64,000 bases of DNA from positions 496,001 through 560,000 of the forward strand of contig JBPQGU010000016.1 of the NCBI GenBank assembly GCA_051362555.1. Direction: 5' to 3'. Made by a program: the position numbers and the translations under genes. The DNA is from Lingula anatina. Taxonomy: Eukaryota > Animalia > Brachiopoda. The notes under the pieces were generated by a model. That model saw nothing but the letters and a program-made list of their open reading frames with translations. It was not told the origin of the DNA and made no database searches. Positions 1 through 11,700 of this stretch are shown here, in pieces; the first letter of the stretch is position 1; the number at the start of each line of letters is the position of its first letter.

Positions 1-809
1 ACATCAGAAATGTAAGGATTGATTACAGAGGCTTCTTTCCCCGTCTCCGTTTTCTTCACAGAGAACCTTCGTCTCACCCAGCACAATCTCAACTGTCACA
101 ATCTCCAACTAGAGCTATCTCAACAAACACAATTCACTTAAATGAGTGTAAATGTCCATTTTTGAAATAACAGAGTTAAAATCGAGAATTTACAACATCA
201 CTTTACGTCTCTGTCCTCATACAAGCATTGTGACATACAATGCCTTTTTCTGTACATCAACAGCATATATTTTTAAAATTTCCGATGTAAGGAATGGATG
301 CAAATAGAAGAATACTTTGTGCATAGTAAGACATAACAACACAATGATGCACTACACCAATGCAACTTTGAGCATTTTGAAATAGTCCATGACTTATGCA
401 TAGATTGACTGAAGAATTTTGACAAAACTTTTTCTTATTCATTTCTGCTTGATGCTTGCAATTATAAGTAGAACTATCTCACTCATCCCACCAAACACAT
501 CCCACTGTCTGCCCTGAAGAAATGAATTAAAAAAAATTCAATGATTTTCTGTCCATTTAAAAAGAAGATTGCAAGGGCAGAATTTTGAGCATTATCATAA
601 AATACTGATGTTCGCAAGCAGTCCTTTTTGGCAAGCAATTCATTTGTTATGTCAATCTGACACCTAAGTCATTTTGTTTTCAATATATGTCAATCAACAC
701 AGGGAACCAGCCTCATCCAATCACATCAGCCGAACTAAAACAGCTCCTCCCAAAAACCAATCAACATTCAGGATGCAAGTTTCTTGACAAATTGACTCCA
801 CCCATCCCA

Positions 810-1131
810 TCACTTCCTTTCAACAAGCCCCTCCTCAACAAGCACACTGTCAATTGTTAGATCCACCCCTTCCTGGCTAGTGTCAATCAATCTGATAGCC
901 ACCCTATCAGAATCCTTGTCATTACATATCAGTCCCACCAGATCCTTCTCATTGGCCAGTTCTATAAACCTGTCCTTGGCTGCTTTGGACCAGTCCCTCC
1001 CACCAAGAGGCTGAACACCTAAAATATATTAATAATGGTCAGATAAAAGAAACTGTATTCCATCTCAAAAGAGAACAGCTGGCGCTGACCATCATTCAAG
1101 CAGATTAAGTGAGGGAGAATCATTCAAGAGC

Positions 1132-1176
<45 letters not shown>

Positions 1177-1804
1177 TCATAAAGTTTTTGCCCATCTACC
1201 TTTCTCTAAAGAACAATCAAACAACATTAATATCTGCTTTAAAACATTACATTAACTAAGACAAAGCTCATAAAATCTGCTTAAAATCTACATGCGCCTT
1301 TATCAAACTAGCTTGATAGCTTCACTTTGACAATTTACAATCACATGTACCTAAAATAGTCATATCTTAAGTTCTTACCAACAACTTTGCTTTGGTAACT
1401 TGAAAAGGCATGCACTTAAAATGGCAAGTAAATATTTCTGTTAGTGTTTACCTGCTAATTTTGCCTTGACAGCTTGGAATGGCATGTATCTAAAGTGGGC
1501 TGGAAGTGGCTGTAAATCTTCTGGTGACATAATACTGAAGTCTCCATAATCAACAAAATACACAGATACCTTGGATATAAAAAATATATATTGATAAATT
1601 AATGAAAAGAAGTGATAAGACAGACATTCAGAGAGGTGATATAAACTCATTTTTATTGCCATTTACTTAAATGACAATTTTAGTAACATTATTGTTTTAT
1701 ATCAAATATTTATCCCACACCCACAAACAGAGATTCTCAAGATTTAAACTCACAGTTCTAAGCACACATTCTACTTCTTCTGTAAATGATGTCATAATGG
1801 CTAT

Positions 1805-1849
<45 letters not shown>

Positions 1850-4800
1850 GTCCGAATGAGGCTCTCAAGGGTTAATAAAATCCCAAGCTCACCTGTTCTC
1901 CAACCAGTGCTCTCACTTCCACCCTGTACCAGACCCCTTCCAGCACCCCAGCTAACAGGTCCCCTGGTTTGACCTTGTCTATGCTCACTTTTGCATTTGG
2001 TACCTTGAAAAAAGTACATCCTTTTTTTCTGTATGGAACAGATTTATAAGGTATCCTGGTTTACAGTTTTGTTGCTACCACTCAATAGGAAATGTTTTGA
2101 TTTAAAGGGTTTATGACTTTTTAAAAAAAGAAAAACAGTATCTGTAAAATTCGCAAATTTATCTTCCCTTGGCCTTCATGATTTCACTTCACAAACAGGA
2201 TAAATCTATCATGAATTTATTTTATATTGGTCACCCACTGGTATTGTTCAGTCTTGACGGAGATGAAAGACTTAACAATCCCCTACCTTTGTATAGAACA
2301 CTGACATTTGGGCCATCAACTCTAGAGTCTCCTCCATGCTTTCATATGGGACACACTGGAATAAATAGAACAGAATCATATCCTTTGAAAAAGATCACAT
2401 AGACAAGAATGGGTGAGAATGGAGAAGATAATGCCTTTTGGATATGAATAGAAGTGACAATAAATTTATCAAAGGGGTAAAATTAATATTGCATATATGC
2501 CAATTAAAATTAAATGAAATTCAAACTCTCTTGCCAAAAAAGTTTCCATAAAATTTCAAAATGAAAACACAGGAGTGGTGGTAGGGGAGTGATTTTCTTG
2601 TCTTTTTTTAAAAACAATATCATGCAAAAAATAGAGAGTCTCCTTTAAACACAGCCAACTACATTCCAATATGGCTCAACTACTGCATTTTGGTACATTC
2701 TCAACAAACACAATGCAAAGTTCAATACTTTAACCTCCTACCACAAAGTTTCCCGGGTTAAAGACCAGGCTAACGTGAACATCTAGGTAATCTCCAGGCT
2801 TTGGTATCTGTAATAGAGGTGGGCGTGGCAGGGTGTCACAATCCTCTAGGCTAAGGACTGTCAGCTGGCAACACAATCCGTCTCCTCCAGCATTGACCTC
2901 ACCTAACGCAATATGCTCTTCACTTAATGATGTTGAAGGACAAAATTCAGCAATTTTTTTCTTTTTTTTTAAGTAACTGACTTATAAGATAGGTTTTCCC
3001 TAATTCATTGCAAAGTGTGTAGGAATTGTTTCCAAGTAACTGATTATGAAATGTATAAAGAAGCTAAACATCTTTTTGAGACATATTCACGTAGCAAGAA
3101 AAATCTCAAGGTTACAGTAATGGCTCCTTTTCTAATTTTAAAAAAGTGTCAAACTTTGGTGAAAGTTATATTATAAGATAACACAAAATAAAATGCTTAA
3201 CAAAATCAAACTAGAGGATCAGAGAGGCGATACCGCCTCCAAATATTGTACCACCAGCTGGAGCAAACGCATTCGTATAGACCCCCACATACACAAAATA
3301 AGGGACACAGCCACCAGTTTTGTGCTTGACAAGCTGTAAAAATGCAATCAACAAGAATTTTTAACTATTGCAAAAAATATATATGGTACAATCAAATTTA
3401 AGTTCTTCGTAAGGTAGGTCAAGGGTCAATTTCAAGGTCACAGTAAATTGCCAGTATATGACTTCCTATTCAAGTTCAAGAGTAACTATGGACCTATCTC
3501 TGTCAAGTTTGAAGTTAAAAGAGAAAGAAATTAGCAGAGTTCAGTTCATGATAAAAAGTAGGTCAAAGGTCAATTTCAAGGTCACACTTAGATTGCCAGT
3601 ATAGGACTTCCTATTCAACTTCAATAGTAACTATGGACCTATCTCAGCCAGTTTTGGAGATAAAAGGGAAGCAAAATTTGCAAAATTCAGTTCATGGTGA
3701 AAAGTAGGTCAAAGGTCAATTTTAAGGTCACATTTAGATTGCCAGTATATGACTTTCTATTCAAGTTCAATAGTAACTATGGACCTATCTCTGCCAGTTT
3801 TGGAGATAAAAGGGAAGCAAATTTTGCAAAGTTCAGTTTATGGCGAAAAGTAGGTCAAAGGTCAATTTTAAGGTCACATTTAGATTGCCAGTATATGACT
3901 TCCTATTCAATTCAATAGTAACTACGGACCTATCTCAGCCAGTTTTGGAGATAAAAAGAGAGCAAAATTTGCAAAATTCAGTTCATGGTGTAAATTAGGT
4001 CAAAGGTCAATTTTAAGGTCACATTTAGATTGCCAGTATATGACTTCCTTTTCAAGTTCAATAGTAACTATAGACCTATCTCAGCCAGTTTTGGAGATAA
4101 AAGGGAAGCAAAATGTGCAAAATTCAGTTCATGGTGAAAAGTAGGTCAAAGGTCAATTTTAATGTCACATATAGATTGCCAGTATATGACTTCCTATTCA
4201 AGTTCAATAGTAACTACGGACCTATCTCTGCCAGTTTTGGAGATAAAAGGAAAGCAAAATTTGCAAAATTCAGTTCATGGTGTAAAGTAGGTCAAAGGTC
4301 AATTTTAAGGTCACATTTAGATTGCCAGTATATGACTTCCTATTCAAGTTCAATTGTAACTATGGACCTATCTCTGCCAGTTTTGGAGATATAAGGGACT
4401 AGATGTTATAATTTTGGAGTTACCATAATGTGCCTTAAATTTCGTACAGAAAAAATTAATTAAAATAAAGAAAATGTCATTTTGGTCAAAATTCTTGAAA
4501 TAGGAGGTGCTCTGAAGTTTCAGAAGTTCAAATTTGATGAAATAATGTCATTTTTGAACACAAGTTGTCTGCTTTGCCAAGCCTTATGTTTTATTTTTCC
4601 AGAGTTCAAAATTTATTATCCATTACCGTACTGCACATTTTGCTTTTACCACTAATATGTACTTTTTGATATAGCGTAACTCGAAAACCGTATGGAATAC
4701 AAAAAAACCGAGACCACCTCCAGTGTTGGGCTTTACATGCTCTACAAAAGGCAAAAAAGAATGGGTCTCTAGCATTAACGGTTCCCAAATTAGAGACAGT

Positions 4801-5754
4801 TTTCAGTTTCGGTATCTTATGGCCGCTACTCCCGTGAAAATGCACCGATTGACCCCAAATTCATGGAGATGAAAGATGACCTGAAGGGTAACACTTTCCA
4901 ATAATATTATTGGTTAAGTCTGTGTGGTGTCTGAATAACAGGGCAAAAAAAATTTTTTTCGTAAAAAATTTCATTTTTTTGAAAATTTTGGCCCATTTGA
5001 CCTTGAAGTAGAGGTCAAAGGTCAAATCCAAGGGTATATTTGAAATCTACACATATGACTTTTGGAAAGCCGTCTATAGAAATTTTTCCCATAACTCCTT
5101 CCGTAGGGTAGATAATTAGCATTTAATTTTGCCATTTTTAGACAAGGGTGCATTGCAATGAGTGCCACACCCAGACCCCAATACCGACAAAGCCCAAATT
5201 TTACGTGGAACGAGTTGAGATTATAGGTGACCTAAATCCATGAGATGGGTACGGGGGCCCTTACCGTCTAGGAGGAGAAGCGGTAACGGTAGCCGTCCGG
5301 CGGAGCCAGCGGAGCCGGCGGAGCCAACGGAGCCGGCGGAACGATCCGGACGGGACCGAAACCATGTGTACCGCCAGCGCTAACGCTGGTGGTACAATAA
5401 GCCAAAAAAGTAATAAGAATAATAAACAAACAAGACAGCAAAATCTTAAATCTAATTTAGTATTTACCTAAACTTGAGCTGGTAGATTGCGGTCTCTCAG
5501 AGGGAACAACAGCAGAGCCCGCATTTTGATTTTTGACATCAGTGTTATTATTTAGAGACAAAGTTTCCTCAGTGCCTGTGGCATTGGCATCCATATTTGG
5601 CAGATCCGAAATGGCAGATTCACTGAATTCGTCTACTGTGATGTAGAGTGAATTATCTGGTTCATCAGAGAAACTGCTCTGATTCAAGGAAATGTCTGTT
5701 TGAGATTCTTGTAATACGTCTTCATCAACTGTATCACTGCAGATGTCATCAGGC
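810..5754 (-). CDS. TDRD7: TDRD7 coding exons 26-31: acidic linker and extended Tudor domain 4 to stop
   Basis: Acidic/Ser exon 5754-5468, then YLDVHVSLVFNPGNFV/CVPYE...GVWYRVEV...VYFVDYGDF...MPFQAVKAKLAGVQP...DWS...IDTS...LVEEGLVERK* (TGA at 812-810). Confidence 0.88.
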
Positions 5755-8700
5755 CTGAAAAATGAGTCGATTATCCTCAAAATCTGACAATCCAATAAAA
5801 AATTCATTGGCAGTGTCAGCTACTACGTAACTATAAAATTTTTATTCATCAAAATAGTAAAAACTCTTGTCTGCCAATATGACAGAAATTGTGTTAAAAC
5901 GGTTATAAAGTCGAGAATACCTGGAGTCACTCAACTGACTATCTGACAGTGTGATGACTATATTCAACAGTCACTAGTTAAGAACTAACAGTCACTCTAC
6001 TTAGACTAGTCTGAGCACTTACATGAATATTTCTGGCTCAGAGAGCAGAAGCTGGTTTATAGAGTGTAGGAATTCCTCATTAACTTCACCGGGGATGAAG
6101 ATTTCCACAGCTGGTGGCTGAGATGCTGAATCTATGACCTGAAACAAGAATAAAAAATTGAAAAGGTATGACAAAAAGCAAATAAATTCAACCAGCTAAA
6201 AGGAAACTACCAAGTATAAAGTGTAATTGATTTTAAGTCACAGTAAATGTTCATGGTGTGACAAAACATTAAAGGCATAATAACTCTTTGTATGAGACCT
6301 ATATTTCACAATAAAAACCTTGTGAATAACTCATAGAAATATAATATAATCTGTTTTACCACAAAAACAGCAGTTATAGCTTTTATTCTGATATTTGAAC
6401 TTGTCTTTAGACCACGTGACCTCCATTGATGTCTATACTCTGTTAAAATCTCTTAAGAGATTTTAACAAAAAAACAAACTTTTTAGAAAAAAACCAGGGA
6501 CTAACTTTGAATGTAAAAATGGATTCATTAACCATTGGTAAGTATGGGAAAATTGTTGTTTACTCCAGGAAAATTCATTTTTTAGCCGAAACGAAGAGTT
6601 ATTATTGCTTTAATCTCAAAGTATTTGGGATTGTAGCAAAAAAACTTACTGCCTGGCATTACAAGAAGTGTTATACCAATTTGTCAGCACTTAACCTTTT
6701 GTTGATCCAACTTGAAAAATGGCATGAAACCCAAATAAACTTTTGATTCAGAGTGGAGCATTTCTGGCCAATATTTTTACCCCCTTTCCCCCTCACTGCA
6801 CCCATCTGTCTACAGACCTGCGACCTGTCACCTTCAGTGTGACCAGTCTATCAGGAGAGACACCTGTCTTACCTTCAGTGTGACCAGTCTATCAGGAGAG
6901 ACACCTGTCTTACCTTCAGTGTGACCGGTCTATCAGGAGAGACACCTGTCTTACCTTCAGTGTTACCGGTCTATCAGGAGAGACACCTGTCTTACCTTCA
7001 GTGTTACCGGTCTATCAGGAGAGACACCTGTCTTACCTTCAGTGTGACCAGTCTATCAGGAGAGACACCTGTCTTACCTTCAGTGTGACCGGTCTATCAG
7101 GAGAGACACCTGTCTTACCTTCAGTGTTACCGGTCTATCAGGAGAGACACCTGTCTTACCTTCAGTGTGACCGGTCTATCAGGAGAGACACCTGTCTTAC
7201 CTTCAGTGTGACCAGTCTATCAGGTGGAGCAAGTTCTAGGAACCTGTACATGGCACTTGCAGTCCAGGAGCCCCCTAGTGGTGGCAGGGCATGCAGCTGA
7301 CACTCTATAGCCTGACATAAAGAGAAACAATTATTCTTCAATCATGGCCATTTCATCTGATTACAGATATAATATTTGTGATTATAAAATTAAGTATCTG
7401 AAAGTCTGATAATTTTTGCCCATTAAAATTGCTGTAATTTCACGTTTCATACCTGGAAAGGCAGAGTCTTGAGATGTTTGCTAGCCCTGGTCATCTCTCT
7501 CAGTGTGTTCACCTGGACAACCTCTGTGTTCCCATAGTCTACAAACAGCACTTCAACCTACAGGGGATACACATTAATTCATTTATTTTTTTTAATCATT
7601 TTTAGTTAATATAATTCCTTCCTTCCTTTCTTATTTTACTTATTCATTCATTTGCCTATTTTTGTATTCTTTCATTCATTCGTTCAATTATTTATTCACT
7701 CATTCATTTCAACATTTTTTCTAAAGAGTTATGTTTTTTTTGTAATAATCTCAAAAGATATTATTACGGAGGTTAGCCATTTATAAAGATTCACATGGTC
7801 TGATGGCAAACACAGATTCCACAATAATCAGTTAAGCACCATTTTGGTGGTAAATAGGAATTTATTATACAGTTTCTGTGAGTTGTTTACAGTGCGTTTA
7901 TTGTGAGATATGAATCTCATACAAATAGTAGTTATCCTTATAACGAACAGTCTTACTTGTCTCCCAGTCTGCTGTGTAGTGACCTTAGCTCTGTACCAGA
8001 ATCCATCCCCAGAGTACTTGGCACACACTATCTTACCTGTCTCCCAGTCTGCTGTGTGGTGACCTTAGCTCTGTACCAGAATCCATCCCCAGAGTACTTG
8101 GCACACACTATCTTACCTGTCTCCCAGTCTGCTGTGTGGTGACCTTAGCTCTGTACCAGAATCCATCCCCAGAGTACTTGGCACACACTATCTTACCTGT
8201 CTCCCAGTCTGCTGTGTGGTGACCTTAGCTCTGTACCAGAATCCATCCCCAGAGTACTTGGCACACACTATCTTACCTGTCTCCCAGTCTGCTGTGTAGT
8301 GACCTTAGCTCTGTACCAGAATCCATCCCCAGAGTACTTGGCACACACTATCTTACCTGTCTCCCAGTCTGCTGTGTGGTGACCTTAGCTCTGTACCAGA
8401 ATCCATCCCCAGAGTACTTGGCACACACTATCTTACCTGTCTCCCAGTCTGCTGTGTAGTGACCTTAGCTCTGTACCAGAATCCATCCCCAGAGTACTTG
8501 GCACACACTATCTTACCTGTCTCCCAGTCTGCTGTGTGGTGACCTTAGCTCTGTACCAGAATCCATCCCCAGAGTACTTGGCACACACTATCTTACCTGT
8601 CTCCCAGTCTGCTGTGTGGTGACCTTAGCTCTGTACCAGAATCCATCCCCAGAGTACTTGGCACACACTATCTTACCTGTCTCCCAGTCTGCTGTGTGGT

Positions 8701-11700
8701 GACCTTAGCTCTGTACCAGAATCCATCCCCAGAGTACTTGGCACACACTATCTTACCTGTCTCCCAGTCTGCTGCGGGGTGACCTTAGCTCTGTACCAGA
8801 ACCCATCCCCAGAATACTTGGCACACACTATCTTACCTGTCTCCCAGTCTGCTGTGTGGTGACCTTAGCTCTGTACCAGAATCCATCCCCAGAATACTTG
8901 GCACACACTATCTTACCTGTCTCCCAGTCTGCTGTGTGGTGACCTTAGCTCTGTACCAGAATCCATCCCCAGAGTACTTGGCACACACTATCTTACCTGT
9001 CTCCCAGTCTGCTGTGTGGTGACCTTAGCTCTGTACCAGAATCCATCCCCAGAGTACTTGGCACACACTATCTTACCTGTCTCCCAGTCTGCTGTGTGGT
9101 GACCTTAGCTCTGTACCAGAATCCATCCCCAGAATACTTGGCACACACTATCTTACCTGTCTCCCAGTCTGCTGTGTGGTGACCTTAGCTCTGTACCAGA
9201 ATCCATCCCCAGAGTACTTGGCACACACTATCTTACCTGTCTCCCAGTCTGCTGTGTGGTGACCTTAGCTCTGTACCAGAATCCATCCCCAGAGTACTTG
9301 GCACACACTATCTTCCCGACATCTGGGTGAGACACAAACTCTGTGGCACTGATTTTCTGTGTAAAAAAAAGTTTAATACATAAACAATATAGATGATATA
9401 TGAAGGCAGCCAAACATCTGTGAGCACTTTAAACATATTAACTAAGACTAATAATTTTTATACAAATTCATCAATGATCTAAATTGAAAAAAAAAAAAAA
9501 AAAATCACTTCTGTCAGCTTCCTCCATCTTCCCTTACAATACAAAAAAATGCAGGCATAGGACCCAGAGGGCCACCTAGGCCAACAATATTTTTGGCTTC
9601 CAAGAAGTTGAAAATCTGCCGAGATCGAATCGGTAAAAATCTCAGTCTTGATAAAATAAATCAATCAATTAATCAAAAAAGGCCTACTTTAGAATAGTAC
9701 TCTCCCGCCTCTTGCATCAATTCATTCAGTCTCTCTAGTCCCTGTCCCACCATTTGGAAATAGATGGAGCCACTGTCAGCTATGTGGCTCACGTAGCCTT
9801 CAACCTGCTCATCATCCTGAAAAACACAACGTACAGAAACATAGATGGAGCTGCAGTCTACCAAACAGCAAACAAGGTGGAGCTGGAGCATAGTGAACTA
9901 CTCACTCTTTCCATAACCATTTTTGTACTACCTGTATATACAAATATAATTCGTCTACCAATTTCCGAAATAAATCTATATAAAACATTATCTATTTTAA
10001 ATCTAAAAGAAAAATTGAAAAATAAAATAATATGAGACATAAGTGGCAAAGCATTGCTGTGAAGTTCTTGAAAAATTCCATTCCATTTTTAAATGGCCTT
10101 AAAATTTCTGAGGCTTAAAAGCTTCCTTATAGTGGACTTCAGCTTACTAAATTGCTTGTTATATGACCTACTTGTTGTAGAGCTTAATAAAAAATCTTAA
10201 TAATAGTCAAAACTTCAGCACTACTGTACCTCAGGCAGTTTTGGTGTCAGGTCTTCATCTCTGACACAGCCAGCTAGTGCCTGGTTAAGATTAACGTCCT
10301 CCGCACCTGACGTGTCAAACAGTGTGACACATATTGTGTGACCTCTACAGTAATAAATGAATGTAATTTTAATTAACATTTTAAATTAAATTAAAATTTA
10401 AAAATATAATATAATAATATGAGTAATCATGTTCATATTTAAAATGCAGAGAATAAAAAGTGCTAATATATCAATGAAGAAAAATCACAAATCAATGAAA
10501 AAAAAAAGACCAAATTAATATACCTATAAGGTGATGACAAATCTGACCATGAAAAGTAGGTCATGGTGGCTTATTCCCACTTTGAAAAAGTATAGCACCA
10601 CTCAACCAGCTTCAGTACTCCACCAGAGCTCACTAATTTCTCAAATTGAACACCTAGTTTACTTACAAGAAGTACTACCACACATTTTCTGTCTAAAAAG
10701 TACAGTTTGCAAACCTTTCATGTACTTCTGCCACGCATGTGATACCCAGCACGCTGTCGTAAAGTTTTTCCAGCACAATCTCGTTGTTTTCCAGATCTTC
10801 CAACCCTTCCAGCGAACATGACACAGCCTGTGGAGGCATCAAAATAAATGGCACTAATATTTAAACTGAACATGATGTAAGAGTCATTTCATTTTCCAGT
10901 AAAATTGTCTCAAAACTAAATAGATAAGTCAATCAATAAATCAATCAATTAAAGGCATAATAACTCTTTGTATGAGACCTATATTTCACAATAAAAAACT
11001 TGTGAATAACTCATAGAAATATAATATATTCTGTTTTACCACAAAAACAGCAGTTATAGCTTTTATTCTGATATTTGAACTTGTCTTTAGACCACGTGAC
11101 CTCCATTGATTTCTATACTCTGTTAAAATCTCTTAAGAGATTTTAACAAAAAACCAAACTTTTTAGAAAAAAACCAGGGACTAACTTTGAATGTAAAAAT
11201 GGATTCATTAACCATTGGTAAGTATGGGAAAATTGTTGTTTACTCCAGGAAAATTCATTTTTTGGCCGAAACGAAGAGTTATTATTGCTTTAATTAATAG
11301 AAAAAAACAATAACATAAGACTAGTCTATTACAAATGTTAACCATTTTAAGAGAGTAGTCATTTCTTGTAACCATGGGCCATAATGCTATAACCTTATTT
11401 TCACCTATGTTGCATGACAACCGACTCTTCATGAGTACAAAAAAAATGTTAAGGGGGCTTAATTAACCATAATTAATCTGGAGACCATGAAAAACCTGCA
11501 TCATTGTGTATAAGAATCTAAGGTTATATTCCCCACCTGATAAGCCAGTCTGGTGTTAAGCTCTGCAGTCAGTGGCCGTAGCTGACCAATATCAACTGTC
11601 TCTGTATCCCCATGGTCTACTAGAATGCACTCCACCTGATGAAAGCAGAGAGGAATTATTGGTATATGTCTATATATATGATTTTAGTTTAAAAAATATT

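Noticed and set aside
1134-1174. Poly(A) run as a retrocopy tail
   Set aside because: No recognisable upstream SINE/LINE body or TSD.
7001-7300. Plus-strand repetitive ORFs (also 7903-8142)
   Set aside because: Antisense read-through of the exon-end minisatellites.
7951-9314. CRISPR-like regular array
   Set aside because: Units are contiguous with no unique spacers, derive from a host exon, and the context is eukaryotic with no cas genes.
10661-10690. Possible fifth exon-end echo after exon 19 (GTAAGT with gtact..ccacacat similarity)
   Set aside because: Match too short and gapped to distinguish from chance by eye.
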